Shown one piece after another: positions 30,367 to 41,321 of a stretch of DNA of 64,000 bases (its first letter is position 1; the number at the start of each line of letters is the position of its first letter). The stretch is from positions 36,408 to 100,407 of the forward strand of contig JBEKXU010000003.1 in assembly GCA_049511715.1 (NCBI GenBank). Direction: 5' to 3'. The DNA comes from Anaerolineales bacterium. GTDB taxonomy: Bacteria; Chloroflexota; Anaerolineae; Anaerolineales; RBG-16-64-43. Under the pieces are notes generated by a model. The model made no database searches. It had not been told where the DNA came from and was given only the letters and a program-made list of their open reading frames with translations. The position numbers and the translations under genes are program-made.

Positions 30367-32253
30367 ATGCGAATTCTGATCATCGCACACGATGCGAAAG
30401 ATGCCCTTTTGATCGAGGGCGAGATCCGTCGAGATCATGCCGATCTTGTCATAGGGCGCGCCGCCACCCTTTCTGAGACGCTATTGGCCTTGGAAGAGAA
30501 TGAATGGGATGCGGTCGTCTGCGACGATTCCACGACTACGATCGACCCTTTGGCCACGCTCCGACTCGTGAGAGAGCGGTCGGGGGACCTCCCCTTCCTG
30601 TTCGTCTCCAACGGGATCGGAGAGGGAACCGTGCCACAGGCGATGCGCGCCGGAGCTCAGGATTGCTTGAGGAAGGACCAGCTTGAGCACCTGTCGACAG
30701 CCCTCGGGCGGGAGCTGCATGAAGCCAAGGGACGGCGTGACCGTCATCTCGTTACGCAGGCGGGCGAGGGGCGCGAAGCCAGATTTCGAGAGGTCTTCGA
30801 CCGCGCCTCCGACCTGGTCTTCCGCTTGGATCGGGAAGGCCGCCTGCTGGAAATGAATCCCGCCGCCGAACGCGCGAGTGGATACGCCTGGCAGGAGGCG
30901 CTTGGATCCCGCCCCCTGGCAATCATAGCTCCGGAACATCAGGGGAGGGCCCGAAAAGCCGCGGAGAGCCTGCTCGCCTCAGGAGGATCAGATCTCCTCT
31001 GCCTGGAGATGGTGGCGCGAGATGGCACGCGCATCCCCCTGGAAATTAATCTCCAGGGGATCGTGCATGATGGGAAGGCCGTGGGCTGGCAAGGAATTGC
31101 CCGCAATCTGACAGGCAGAAGGTCTGCCGAAGAGCAGACCCGCCGCGGGATGGAGCGCCTTTCGGGTTTGCATGCCGTCGACATGGCTGTCACCGCCAGC
31201 TTGGATCTCCGCGTGACCTTAAGCGTTCTCTTGGACCAGATAACCTCACAGATACATGTCGATGCCGCCGATATCCTGATGTTCTCTTCTCAACTGCAAA
31301 TCCTGGAATACGCGGCGGGCAGGGGGTTCAAGACCAGCGCACTTCAGCATTCTCGCCTGCGGCTGGGAGAAGGGCATGCAGGCAGGGCGGCACTCGAGCG
31401 GCATGCGGTCGTCATTCGGGACCTGAATGAAAACAGGGACGCCCCGCGCCGCGCTACGCTGATTGCCCAGGAGGGATTCGCCTCCTACATCGGGGTTCCG
31501 CTGATTGCGAAAGGGCAACTCAAAGGAATCCTGGAGATCTTTCAGCGGTCCAAATTGGGTGCCGAGCCGGAATGGATGGAGTTCCTCAACCTGCTGGCGG
31601 GGGACGCCGCTCTGGCGATCGACAACGCCGCCCAATTCGCCGAACTCCAGCGTGCCAACCTATCCTTGACTCTTGCCTATGACGAGACCCTGGAAGGATG
31701 GTCCCAGGCTCTCGACCTGCGTGATCCCGGGGTCGAAGGCCACACGCGCAGGGTAACGGAAATGACTCTCCAGATCGCCCAGGCCTTGGGGATCGAACCG
31801 GACCGGCTTGAGCACGTGCGTAGGGGTGCCTTGTTGCATGACGTCGGCATCATGGGGGTTCCCGACCGCATTCTGCTCAAACCCGGCCCTCTCACCCACG
31901 AGGAATGGGAGACCATGCGCAAACATCCGGTCTATGCCTACGAGTTGCTTGCCCCCATCGACTTCCTCCGGCCGGTCTTGGACATCCCCTATTGCCATCA
32001 TGAGAAGTGGGATGGTAGCGGATATCCACAGGGCCTTTGCGGAGAGCGGATTCCCATGCCCGCTCGGGCCTTTGCGATCGTGGACGTCTGGGACGCCTTA
32101 ACCTCGGACAGGCCTTTCCGACCTGCTTGGTCCGCGGAAATGGCCTCGGATCACATCCGCAGCCAGTCCGGATCCCATTTTGACCCGAGGGTTGTCGAAG
32201 AATTCATGCGCCTCATCAGTCCGCGGGGAACAGTCTCGGGCAGTTCAATCTGA
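30367..32253 (+). CDS. REC-PAS-GAF-HD-GYP cyclic-dinucleotide phosphodiesterase
   Basis: Receiver N-terminus, PAS (MNPAAE..SGY), GAF (GVPLIAKGQLKGIL), GHTRRV, LLHDVG and HHEKWDGSGYP. Confidence 0.9.
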   Translation: MRILIIAHDAKDALLIEGEIRRDHADLVIGRAATLSETLLALEENEWDAVVCDDSTTTIDPLATLRLVRERSGDLPFLFVSNGIGEGTVPQAMRAGAQDCLRKDQLEHLSTALGRELHEAKGRRDRHLVTQAGEGREARFREVFDRASDLVFRLDREGRLLEMNPAAERASGYAWQEALGSRPLAIIAPEHQGRARKAAESLLASGGSDLLCLEMVARDGTRIPLEINLQGIVHDGKAVGWQGIARNLTGRRSAEEQTRRGMERLSGLHAVDMAVTASLDLRVTLSVLLDQITSQIHVDAADILMFSSQLQILEYAAGRGFKTSALQHSRLRLGEGHAGRAALERHAVVIRDLNENRDAPRRATLIAQEGFASYIGVPLIAKGQLKGILEIFQRSKLGAEPEWMEFLNLLAGDAALAIDNAAQFAELQRANLSLTLAYDETLEGWSQALDLRDPGVEGHTRRVTEMTLQIAQALGIEPDRLEHVRRGALLHDVGIMGVPDRILLKPGPLTHEEWETMRKHPVYAYELLAPIDFLRPVLDIPYCHHEKWDGSGYPQGLCGERIPMPARAFAIVDVWDALTSDRPFRPAWSAEMASDHIRSQSGSHFDPRVVEEFMRLISPRGTVSGSSI

Positions 32254-32648
32254 TCCCCTCCTCCCGGCCGAGGACCCACAGGACCGATCACGCCAGAGTG
32301 TGGCTAAGCCCCGCCTCGCGAATTTGCGGGTCTCGTGCCTGGGATGCAGACAGCTCCGCCTATCACGGCCTTTTTGGTCTCCCCTAGTCCGACGGGGAAC
32401 GCGGGCTGAGGGGTGAAACTTAGGCCCCCTCAAGGAGGGGGAAACGCCTCCTCGGCCAATTCCGGCCGGGTTGTATGTCCGAATCTCACATGCGGCCCAA
32501 GTACTCAGGCCCACGGATCGGTCAGAACGAAAGGTCACCTGATCCGTGTCGCGCAGATGGTTCCCCTCCACGTCAGCCTTGACGATGCCCCCTCCGGTGC
32601 ATGGGCAGAGCCGAACCCGGACGGCTTTCGGACGTGCCCTTAGGTTTC

Positions 32649-32690
32649 CTTGTCTTTTTCTTGACGCCTCCCCGGCTATACTCTTATACT
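32649..32690 (+). promoter_or_regulatory. kdp promoter with a putative KdpE direct repeat
   Basis: CTTGTC-N5-CTTGAC (11-bp period) overlapping TTGACG, with TATACT at 32685-32690. Confidence 0.55.
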
Positions 32691-32726
32691 GTGGAACTGG
32701 GGGCTTTCCCCACGGAGAGCATTGCG

Positions 32727-32825
32727 ATGTTAGATCTCTTGTTCATTGGCTTGTCTCTCTTCTTCTGGATCCTCATCGGAGGGATCCTTGTGGCTTGCGA
32801 CAACCTAATGGAGAAAAAACCGTGA
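32727..32825 (+). CDS. Small hydrophobic peptide upstream of kdpF (32 aa)
   Basis: MLDLLFIGLSLFFWILIGGILVACDNLMEKKP. GGAG RBS. Stop overlaps the kdpF start (GTGA). Confidence 0.65.
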   Translation: MLDLLFIGLSLFFWILIGGILVACDNLMEKKP

Positions 32826-32914
32826 ACGTGCGCTACGTCATCTCGGGCCTCCTGACCCTGGCTCTATTTGTCTACCTCGTGCTGGCGCTCGTTAAACCGG
32901 AGTGGTTCGGATGA
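32822..32914 (+). CDS. kdpF: K+-transporting ATPase subunit F
   Basis: MNVRYVISGLLTLALFVYLVLALVKPEWFG has the YL..AL..PE.F signature. Overlaps the kdpA start (ATGA). Confidence 0.88.
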   Translation: MNVRYVISGLLTLALFVYLVLALVKPEWFG

Positions 32915-34713
32915 ACCTAGCGGATTTCCTGCAGCTCGGCCTCTTCCTGGTCGTTCTGTTCGCGCTGGCGGCTCCGCTCGGCGCCTACATGGCTCACGTC
33001 TATGAGGGAAAGAGGACTTTCCTGGACCCCATCCTGGGTCCGGTGGAGCGCCTTCTTTATCGGGCCTCGGGCGTTCGAACCGATGCCGAGATGGACTGGA
33101 AAGTTTACGCGATCGCCGTGCTCCTCTTCAATCTCCTCGCCCTGCTGGTGGTCTACGGGATCCAGCGACTGCAGGGTGTTCTCCCGCTCAATCCTCAGGG
33201 CCTTCCTGGGGTGCCGCCGGACCTATCGTGGAACACGGCGGTGAGTTTTGCCACCAACACCAACTGGCAGGCCTACGGCGGCGAAACCACGATGAGCTAC
33301 CTCACCCAAATGCTCGCCCTGGCCGTCCAGAACTTCATGTCCGCGGCGGCAGGGATGGCGATCCTGGTGGCTCTCATTCGCGCCCTGGTTCGCAATTCGG
33401 CCAAGACAATCGGCAACTTCTGGGTGGACTTGGTTCGGGGAACGCTCTACGTCCTGCTCCCGCTTTCCTTTCTGCTGGCGCTGGCGCTCGTCTCCCAGGG
33501 CGTGGTACAGAGTTTCGGGCCTTATCGGCAGGTCCCACTCCTCCAGCCCGTTTCCTACCAGCAGCCCAAGGTCGACGCGAATGGGAATGCCGTCCTCGGC
33601 GCAAATGGCCAACCCGAGACCGTAACCCAGGAGGCCACCAGCCAGTTGCTGCCTCTTGGACCGGCGGCTTCGCAGATTGCCATCAAGCAGCTGGGTTCCA
33701 ACGGCGGCGGGTTTTTCAACGTCAACTCAGCCCATCCCTTTGAGAACCCGACCCCCTTTTCGAATTTCCTGGAAGTGCTCGCGATCATCCTGATTCCCGT
33801 TTCCCTTTGTTTCACTTTCGGGCGAATGGTGGGGGATCGCCGGGAGGGCTGGGCGATCTCGGCCGCGATGGCGTTCATTCTCGTGACCCTGCTGGCGGTA
33901 GCGGTATGGTCCGAGCAGGCCGGGAACCCGATCCTCTCTTCCCTGGGAGTGGACCAGCGCGCCAGTGCTTACCAGTCCGGCGGGAACATGGAGGGAAAAG
34001 AGGTGCGCTTCGGTTCGGTCAACTCCGCCCTCTGGGCGACGATCACCACGGCGGTTTCCAACGGGTCGGTGAATTCCATGCACGACTCCTTTATGCCCCT
34101 GGGCGGTCTGGTACCGATGTGGATGATGCAGCTTGGCGAGATCATCTATGGCGGTGTGGGCTCGGGATTGTACGGGATGCTGGCATTTGTGATCGTGGCG
34201 GTCTTCGTCGCTGGCCTCATGGTGGGGCGGACACCGGAGTATCTGGGCAAGAAGATCGAAGCCTTTGAAATGAAAATGGCTTCGCTCATGGTGCTCACCC
34301 CCGTGGTCGTCGTGCTGGCTGGCACCGCGGTGGCGGTTGCGGTTCCGGCAGGCCGCGCGGGCGCCTTCAACCCAGGCCCCCACGGGTTCAGCGAGATCCT
34401 CTACGCCTTCTCCTCCACGGCCAACAACAATGGGAGCGCATTTGCCGGCCTGGGCGCCGATACCTTCTTCTACAATGTTTCTACGGGATTCGCCATGCTC
34501 ATGGGGCGCTATTGGCTGAAGGTGTTCGCACTGGCGCTGGCCGGATCCTTAGTGCAGAAAAAGAAGGTCCCTCCCAGTGCGGGTACTCTGCCCACCCATA
34601 CGCCGCTATTCGTTGCGTGGCTGGTTGCCGTGGTGGTGATTGTGGCCGCGCTCAGCTTCATCCCGGCTCTAGCACTCGGCCCGATCGTTGAGCACCTGAT
34701 GATCTTCGGTTAG
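32911..34713 (+). CDS. kdpA: K+-transporting ATPase subunit A
   Basis: SFATNTNWQ, GSNGGGFFNVNSAHPFENP, MEGKEVRFG, GGVGSG and NNGSAFAG. Confidence 0.97.
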   Translation: MNLADFLQLGLFLVVLFALAAPLGAYMAHVYEGKRTFLDPILGPVERLLYRASGVRTDAEMDWKVYAIAVLLFNLLALLVVYGIQRLQGVLPLNPQGLPGVPPDLSWNTAVSFATNTNWQAYGGETTMSYLTQMLALAVQNFMSAAAGMAILVALIRALVRNSAKTIGNFWVDLVRGTLYVLLPLSFLLALALVSQGVVQSFGPYRQVPLLQPVSYQQPKVDANGNAVLGANGQPETVTQEATSQLLPLGPAASQIAIKQLGSNGGGFFNVNSAHPFENPTPFSNFLEVLAIILIPVSLCFTFGRMVGDRREGWAISAAMAFILVTLLAVAVWSEQAGNPILSSLGVDQRASAYQSGGNMEGKEVRFGSVNSALWATITTAVSNGSVNSMHDSFMPLGGLVPMWMMQLGEIIYGGVGSGLYGMLAFVIVAVFVAGLMVGRTPEYLGKKIEAFEMKMASLMVLTPVVVVLAGTAVAVAVPAGRAGAFNPGPHGFSEILYAFSSTANNNGSAFAGLGADTFFYNVSTGFAMLMGRYWLKVFALALAGSLVQKKKVPPSAGTLPTHTPLFVAWLVAVVVIVAALSFIPALALGPIVEHLMIFG

Positions 34714-34728
34714 CAAAGGGATCAGGAA

Positions 34729-36816
34729 ATGACAGCTCGGACAGGCAAGGCACCATCATTCGGTCGGGACCTCTACCTGCGGGCGGCAGGGGACGCTTTC
34801 CGCAAGCTCAATCCTCGCTGGATGGTGCGTAACCCCGTGATGTTTGTGGTGGAGGTAGGGAGCGTCCTGACCACGGCCCTATGGGTCGAGGGGCTGTTCG
34901 GCAAAGGCGAAGCCCCTGGCGCTTTTATCGGGGCCATCGCCGTATGGCTCTGGTTCACGGTGCTGTTCGCCAACTTTGCGGAGGCGGTCGCGGAGGGGCG
35001 CGGCAAGGCTCAGGCTGAGGCCCTTCGCAGGACCCGCCAGGAAACAAAAGCCAAGAAGCTGCGCAAGCCGGAGCGTACCAGCGGGTTTGAGTTTGTTCCC
35101 TCCACCGCCCTGCGCAAGGAGGACGTCTTCCTGGTCGAGGCGGGAGAGGTCGTTCCTGCTGATGGAGAGGTGGTCGAGGGCATCGCCTCCGTGGACGAGA
35201 GCGCGGTCACAGGCGAAAGCGCGCCGGTTATCCGCGAATCGGGGGGGGACCGCAGCGCGGTCACCGGAGGGACCCGGCTTCTCTCGGACTGGCTGATCGT
35301 GCGCGTCACGGCTAGTCCCGGAGAGGGATTCCTGGATCGCATGATCGATCTGGTGGAGGGGGCGCGGCGCCAGAAGACGCCGAATGAGATTGCCCTGAAC
35401 ATTCTCCTTTCGGCCTTCACCATCATTTTTCTGTCGGTCTGCGCGACCCTCTTGCCCTATTCCCTCTACAGCGTCAGCGTAGCCGGCCAGGGAACCCCGA
35501 TCACGATCACGGTTCTCGTGGCCCTCTTGGTGTGCCTGATCCCGACCACGATCGGTGGCCTTCTCTCGGCGATCGGTATCGCTGGAATGGATCGGCTGAT
35601 CCAGCGCAACGTGATTGCGCTCTCGGGGCGAGCCGTGGAAGCGGCCGGCGACGTCGACATTCTGCTCCTGGACAAGACCGGGACGATTACCCTGGGGAAC
35701 CGCCAGGCGGTGGAGTTCGTCCCAGCGAAGGGGGTGGAGATACGCGACCTGGCCGAGGCCTCCCAACTGGCGTCCCTTGCGGACGAAACCCCGGAGGGGC
35801 GCAGCATCGTAGTCCTAGCCAAGGAGAAATACGGGCTGAGGGGCCGGACGGTGGGAGCGGGCCCAGATTCCCCCCAAGGGATGCGCTTCGTGCCTTTTAC
35901 CGCACAAACCCGGATGAGTGGCGTGGACCTGGATGGCACGAGCATCCGCAAGGGAGCACCCGATGCGATCGGCCGCTTGATCGACCAAGCTGGCCGGAAG
36001 ATGCCTTCCGACCTGGAGGAAACGGTGGCTCGCATCAGCCGCGATGGGGGCACCCCACTGGTTGTGGCCCGCAACGGCCAGGCCTTGGGGGCGGTCCGGC
36101 TCAAGGATGTCGTCAAGGGAGGAATCAAGGAGCGCTTCGCGCAGCTGCGCAAGATGGGGATCAAAACGATCATGATCACCGGAGACAACCCGTTGACTGC
36201 GGCGGCGATTGCGGCGGAGGCCGGGGTGGACGACTTCTTGGCCCAGGCGACGCCGGAGGCCAAGCTGAAGCTAATTCGAGAGTACCAGGGCGGAGGACGC
36301 TTGGTCGGGATGACCGGCGACGGGACGAATGATGCTCCGGCCCTGGCTCAAGCCGACGTGGCCGTAGCGATGAACACCGGCACCCAACCAGCGCGCGAGG
36401 CCGCCAACATGGTGGACCTGGACAGCAACCCCACCAAGCTGATTGAGATTGTGGAGATTGGGAAGCAACTGCTCATGACGCGGGGAGCGCTGACCACCTT
36501 TAGCATCGCGAACGACGTTTCCAAGTACTTTGCTATTATCCCGGCGGCATTTGCCTCGACTTATCCAGTTCTGGAGGCTCTGAACTTCATGCGCCTGGCG
36601 ACGCCGGAAAGTGCGATTCTCTCGGCTGTGATCTTCAATGCCCTGATCATTGTCGCCCTTATTCCCTTAGCTCTGCGCGGGGTTCCCTACCGGGCGCTGG
36701 GGGCGGCGCGCATCCTGCGCGATAACCTGCTGCTCTACGGGGTGGGGGGATTGATCGCACCCTTCATCGGCATCAAGCTCATTGACATGCTCCTGGTGGC
36801 CTTTCACTTGGTCTAG
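34729..36816 (+). CDS. kdpB: K+-transporting ATPase subunit B
   Basis: NPVMFVV, TGES, CLIPTT, DKTGT and [10 protein letters not shown]. Confidence 0.97.
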   Translation: MTARTGKAPSFGRDLYLRAAGDAFRKLNPRWMVRNPVMFVVEVGSVLTTALWVEGLFGKGEAPGAFIGAIAVWLWFTVLFANFAEAVAEGRGKAQAEALRRTRQETKAKKLRKPERTSGFEFVPSTALRKEDVFLVEAGEVVPADGEVVEGIASVDESAVTGESAPVIRESGGDRSAVTGGTRLLSDWLIVRVTASPGEGFLDRMIDLVEGARRQKTPNEIALNILLSAFTIIFLSVCATLLPYSLYSVSVAGQGTPITITVLVALLVCLIPTTIGGLLSAIGIAGMDRLIQRNVIALSGRAVEAAGDVDILLLDKTGTITLGNRQAVEFVPAKGVEIRDLAEASQLASLADETPEGRSIVVLAKEKYGLRGRTVGAGPDSPQGMRFVPFTAQTRMSGVDLDGTSIRKGAPDAIGRLIDQAGRKMPSDLEETVARISRDGGTPLVVARNGQALGAVRLKDVVKGGIKERFAQLRKMGIKTIMITGDNPLTAAAIAAEAGVDDFLAQATPEAKLKLIREYQGGGRLVGMTGDGTNDAPALAQADVAVAMNTGTQPAREAANMVDLDSNPTKLIEIVEIGKQLLMTRGALTTFSIANDVSKYFAIIPAAFASTYPVLEALNFMRLATPESAILSAVIFNALIIVALIPLALRGVPYRALGAARILRDNLLLYGVGGLIAPFIGIKLIDMLLVAFHLV

Positions 36817-36904
36817 ATCCGCGGGACCCCGGCGGAGAGATTGCAGCGGCCCGCATGGGGCAGAAGAACATAATCTGGAGGCAAGGCCGTTCGGCCGCGA
36901 CAGG

Positions 36905-37477
36905 ATGCTCGAGCAATTGAAACCCCTTTTGGTCCTCTTTCTCCTGCTTTCGATCCTTCTTGGGATCGTCTACCCCGTGGTCGTTACGGGAATCGCGCAG
37001 CTCGTTTTCCCCCATCAGGCCAACGGCAGCGTTCTCCTCGATCAGGGCCGAGTCGTGGGGTCCGCCTTAATCGGGCAGCCGTTCGACGCCCCCCAGTACT
37101 TTTGGGGCCGCCTGTCCGCTACCAGCCCCTTCCCCTACAATGCCTCCTCCTCGTCGGGCTCCAACCTGGGGCCCACTAACCCGGCTCTGGTGGCCGAAGT
37201 TCAGGCCCGGATTGGCGACTTGCGAAAAGCGGACCCGGGCAACTCGCTTCCCATACCGGTCGATCTGGTAACTTCCTCGGGAAGCGGTCTTGATCCTGAC
37301 ATCAGCGTCGCCGCCGCTCTCTATCAGGTGCCTCGGATCGCTCGGGCCCGCGGGCTCTCCGACCAGTCGGTTCGTGCTCTCGTTCAGGAGCATACCCAAG
37401 GCCGGCAATTCTGGATCCTGGGGGAACCCCGGGTTAATGTCCTGGAGCTCAACTTGGCTCTGGACGCGCTACAATAG
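36905..37477 (+). CDS. kdpC: K+-transporting ATPase subunit C
   Basis: [31 protein letters not shown] and [11 protein letters not shown]. Confidence 0.95.
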   Translation: MLEQLKPLLVLFLLLSILLGIVYPVVVTGIAQLVFPHQANGSVLLDQGRVVGSALIGQPFDAPQYFWGRLSATSPFPYNASSSSGSNLGPTNPALVAEVQARIGDLRKADPGNSLPIPVDLVTSSGSGLDPDISVAAALYQVPRIARARGLSDQSVRALVQEHTQGRQFWILGEPRVNVLELNLALDALQ

Positions 37478-37622
37478 TCGGCATCCAAGCCTTCCGCGGG
37501 GAGGAGGGCGGGTAAGAGGCCGTCCACCGCAGGCTTGTTCCCTGGCTTGGTGGGTCCCCAATTCCCAGGGGGGGCCGGGCGAGGAGCCCTGGCGCAGTCT
37601 CAGCTCGTTCTTGGCCGCCACC

Positions 37623-40319
37623 ATGAGTTCACAACTGGATCGACCCAACCCGGATGACCTGCTGGCGCGCGTCCAGGCCGATGAGGCGCAGCGCACCCGC
37701 GGCAAGCTCAACCTGTTCGTGGGCTATGCTGCGGGCGTCGGCAAGACTTACGCCATGCTTGAGGCGGCGCGGCAGCGCCAGGCCGAGGGAGTGGACCTTG
37801 TTGTCGGCTATGTAGAGACGCACGGTCGGCCGGAAACGGAGGCTTTGCTCCCGGGCCTGGAGATCGTGCCTCGCAAGCAAGCAGAGTACCGGGGCACGGT
37901 TCTCAAGGAGATGGACCTGGACGCCGTCCTTGCCCGTCACCCCCAACTTGCGCTGGTCGATGAATTCGCTCACAGCAATGCTCCTGGCAGCCGTCACCCG
38001 AAGCGTTACCAGGATATTGAGGAACTGCTGGGGGCGGGGATTGATGTCTATACAACCCTCAACATCCAGCACTTGGAAAGCCTCAACGATGTTGTTGCGC
38101 AGATCACAGGGGTCGTCGTCCTGGAGACAGTCCCTGACAAGGTGCTGGACGAGGCGGCCGAAATCAAAGTGATCGACCTGCCTCCGGAGGAACTTCAGGA
38201 GCGCCTGAGGGAGGGCAAGGTCTACGTATCGGAGCAGGCCGCCCGCGCCATCAACAGGTTTTTCCGGCTGGGTAATCTCACGGCTCTGCGAGAAATGACG
38301 CTGCGGCGAGCCGCAGAGCGTGTCGATGAGCAGATGCGGGCCTACATGACGACCCGGTCGATCCCCGGCCCCTGGCCGGCGGGCGAACGCCTCCTGGTCT
38401 GCGTCAGTTCCAGCTCGCTGGCGGAGCGGTTGGTTCGCTCGGCGCGGCATCTCGCGGACGAGCTGAACGCGGAATGGTTCGCTCTCAATGTCGAAGCCGC
38501 GGAGGGGCCTCCTCTCTCCCCGGAGCGCCGCGATCGCGTCGCGCGAATGCTTCATCTGGCCGAGGAGTTGGGCGCCAAGGTTGTCACGATTCCCGGCCAG
38601 TCGATTGCAGGGACGATCCTCGCCTACGCGCGGTCTCACAATATCAGCAAGGTGATTGTCGGGAAGCCGCTGCGGGCGCGCTGGCAGGATTTCCTGCGGG
38701 GCTCCGTCGTGGACCAGCTCGCTCGATCCAGTGGAGCTATCGACGTCTATCTCATCAGTGGAGAGCCCCAGCCACCCCCCGCCGTCCAGGGAACACGTGA
38801 CTGGCTCCCCCACCGGCCTTTGCGGCGGTACCTGCTGAGTCTCGTCCTGGTGGCCGCGGCCACGCTGGCCAGCTTCCCCATCGCTCCCATGATCTCCCCT
38901 GTCAATCTGGTGATGCTCTACCTAGTAGCGGTCGTCGTCACAGCGGTCTATTTGGGGCGGGGTCCCTCGATCGTGGCCTCGGTGCTGAGCGTCCTGGCCT
39001 TTGACCACTTTTTCATTTCTCCTCAACTGACTCTCCACGTGGCGGACGCGGAGTACATCTTGACCTTCGTCGGTTTCTTCGTGGTGAGCCAGGTGATCAG
39101 CACCCTGGCGATTCAGGTTCGCCGGCAATCGGAGGCGGCCCGTCGGCGGGAAGCGCAGACGGCAGAGCTTTACGCTCTGAGCCGCGACCTGGCCACCACC
39201 TACGGCCTCGAGGGGACCGTAAAGGTGGTGCTCAAACACTTGGAGCAGACCTTCCAGCGCAAATCATGCATTCTGGTTGCAGAGCCTGGAGGCTTGGTGT
39301 CCCGGGGGTCTACCGGAGGCCTCGCGTTAAACGAGGCGGAGTTGGCCGTCGCCGACTGGGTGTACCGCCACGGCGAACCAGCAGGGCTGGGAACAAACAC
39401 GCTCCCCGCCGCGGACCTTCGCTATGTTCCTCTGAAGACCTCGCGCGGGGTGGTGGGCGTTCTGGGATTAAAGGGTCCCGACACCCGCCAGCGGTACCTG
39501 ACCTCGGAACAGCAGCGGCTGATGGAGGCCTTCGCCAGCCAGTCGGCTCAGGCGATCGAGCGGGCCCAACTCGCCGATTCGGCTCACGAGGCCGAGCTTC
39601 TGCAAGCCACCGAGAAGCTTCAGAACGCGTTGCTCAATTCCATCTCCCATGACCTGCGGACCCCCCTGGTGGCCATCACCGGCGCCCTCAGCGCCCTGAC
39701 CGAAGACCCCGAGCCTGTCGACGCCTCGGCCCGGCAGGCCCTGGCTGAGAACGCGCTAGAGGAGGCCGAGAGGCTCAATCGCCTGGTGGGAAACCTTCTG
39801 GACATGACACGGCTTGAGGCGGGAGCCATGAGGGTCGCCGAGGTTCCTTCCGACGTTCAGGACGTTGTTGGGGCGGCGCTTGATCAGCTTGGGAACCGGC
39901 TGTCCGTTCGACCGGTGAAGGTCGATATTCCCTCCGATCTGCCCCTGGTCCCGATGGACTTCGTCCTGATTGTCCAGGTCCTGGTCAACGTGCTCGACAA
40001 CGCGATGAAGTACTCGCCCCGAGACGCGCCCATTGAAATCCACGCCCGCACGGTCGGGACCCGACTCGAGGTGCAGGTCGCCGACCAAGGCTTGGGCATT
40101 CCCGCCGAGGATCTAGGTCGTGTCTTCGACAAGTTCTACCGGGTCCATCGCCCCGAAAGCGTCACGGGAACAGGGTTGGGTCTATCCATTTGCAAGGGGA
40201 TTGTCGAGGCGCATGGTGGATCCATCTCGGCCGCGGACCGTCCCGCGGGCGGAACCATCATCACCTTCACTCTTCCCCTGAGCCCGTCCCAGCCTGGAGT
40301 CTCCCAGGGGGCCCCGTGA
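37623..40319 (+). CDS. kdpD: Sensor histidine kinase KdpD
   Basis: GYAAGVGKT, ETHGR, Usp-like domain, 4 TM, GAF, SISHDLRTPL and GTGLGL. Confidence 0.96.
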   Translation: MSSQLDRPNPDDLLARVQADEAQRTRGKLNLFVGYAAGVGKTYAMLEAARQRQAEGVDLVVGYVETHGRPETEALLPGLEIVPRKQAEYRGTVLKEMDLDAVLARHPQLALVDEFAHSNAPGSRHPKRYQDIEELLGAGIDVYTTLNIQHLESLNDVVAQITGVVVLETVPDKVLDEAAEIKVIDLPPEELQERLREGKVYVSEQAARAINRFFRLGNLTALREMTLRRAAERVDEQMRAYMTTRSIPGPWPAGERLLVCVSSSSLAERLVRSARHLADELNAEWFALNVEAAEGPPLSPERRDRVARMLHLAEELGAKVVTIPGQSIAGTILAYARSHNISKVIVGKPLRARWQDFLRGSVVDQLARSSGAIDVYLISGEPQPPPAVQGTRDWLPHRPLRRYLLSLVLVAAATLASFPIAPMISPVNLVMLYLVAVVVTAVYLGRGPSIVASVLSVLAFDHFFISPQLTLHVADAEYILTFVGFFVVSQVISTLAIQVRRQSEAARRREAQTAELYALSRDLATTYGLEGTVKVVLKHLEQTFQRKSCILVAEPGGLVSRGSTGGLALNEAELAVADWVYRHGEPAGLGTNTLPAADLRYVPLKTSRGVVGVLGLKGPDTRQRYLTSEQQRLMEAFASQSAQAIERAQLADSAHEAELLQATEKLQNALLNSISHDLRTPLVAITGALSALTEDPEPVDASARQALAENALEEAERLNRLVGNLLDMTRLEAGAMRVAEVPSDVQDVVGAALDQLGNRLSVRPVKVDIPSDLPLVPMDFVLIVQVLVNVLDNAMKYSPRDAPIEIHARTVGTRLEVQVADQGLGIPAEDLGRVFDKFYRVHRPESVTGTGLGLSICKGIVEAHGGSISAADRPAGGTIITFTLPLSPSQPGVSQGAP

Positions 40320-41008
40320 CGGATTCGGGCGCACGGGTCCTGGTCGTTGACGACGAGCCGGCCATCCGGCGCTTCCTGCGTGTCTCCCTGGGCTCTCAAG
40401 GGTACATGGTTTTCGAGGCGTCCACGGGGGAGGAGGCGCTCACAGAGGTCGTTGCCCACCGTCCCGACCTGATAATCCTGGACCTCGGCCTGCCTGACCT
40501 GGAGGGGGTCGAGGTCACCCGGAGGCTCCGGGAATGGTGCCAGACGCCAATCATCATCCTTTCGGTCCGCGGCCAAGAGGAGGTCAAGATCGCAGCCTTC
40601 GAAGCGGGGGCCGACGACTACCTCACCAAGCCTTTCGGCCTGGGAGAGTTGACCGCGCGCATGCGGGCCGCCCTGAGGCACAGCGCCCCCCTAGCCGACG
40701 AACCGATCTACACCAGCGGCGATCTCACGGTCGACTTGGGGCGCAGAATTGTGACCGTGTCGGGCCGCGAGCTTCAACTCACCCCGACGGAGTACGACCT
40801 GCTGAAAGTCCTGGTTCGGAATGCGGACAAGGTCGTCACGCATCGGCACCTGCTCAAGGAAATCTGGGGATCCGAATACGGGGCCGATGCGCATGTGCTC
40901 CGGGTCAATGTGAGCAACCTGCGCCGCAAGATCGAAGCCGATCCCTCCCGCCCTCGATTCATCATCACCGAGCCGGGCGTCGGGTACCGTTGGCGGACTC
41001 TAACGTAG
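40316..41008 (+). CDS. kdpE: Response regulator KdpE (OmpR family)
   Basis: VVDDE, LDLGLPD, GADDYLTKPF and ITEPGVGY. GTGA overlap with kdpD. Confidence 0.95.
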   Translation: MTDSGARVLVVDDEPAIRRFLRVSLGSQGYMVFEASTGEEALTEVVAHRPDLIILDLGLPDLEGVEVTRRLREWCQTPIIILSVRGQEEVKIAAFEAGADDYLTKPFGLGELTARMRAALRHSAPLADEPIYTSGDLTVDLGRRIVTVSGRELQLTPTEYDLLKVLVRNADKVVTHRHLLKEIWGSEYGADAHVLRVNVSNLRRKIEADPSRPRFIITEPGVGYRWRTLT

Positions 41009-41321
41009 GCGGGCCCAGGCGTGCTGGTCGCCACATGCCCCGGGGGAGAGGTTCCCGCTGGTTCGGGTGGGGAACGAGGTTTGCCTCTTCCGGCAACTTC
41101 CAGTGAAAATGAAGCGGCTTTCCGCGGCCATCGTTTGGGTTTTCGACCCCCTTTGACACATCCTTGACCTCTCTGCCCCAATTCTTGCCGCGAAGTTGGC
41201 AACCTCCGCAATGCTCTGAAAAAGAGCAGAACCAGCCTATTCCTCCAACCCCCTGGGGCGATCAGCAACGTTCTCCGATCGGGATGGGTCCAAGGGTGAG
41301 TTGGGTTGATAAGGAGACCCC

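Noticed and set aside
32385..32500. c-di-AMP (ydaO) riboswitch upstream of kdp
   Set aside because: Fragments CGGGGAAC, GGGGTGAA, TAGG and CCGAATC occur, but the conserved CCGTCAGCTAAC core is missing and the region lies upstream of the apparent promoter. An Infernal scan would settle it.
33540..33650. Extracytoplasmic insertion in KdpA (QPKVDANGNAVLGANGQP)
   Set aside because: To my knowledge similar loops occur in many KdpA proteins, so it is not distinctive.
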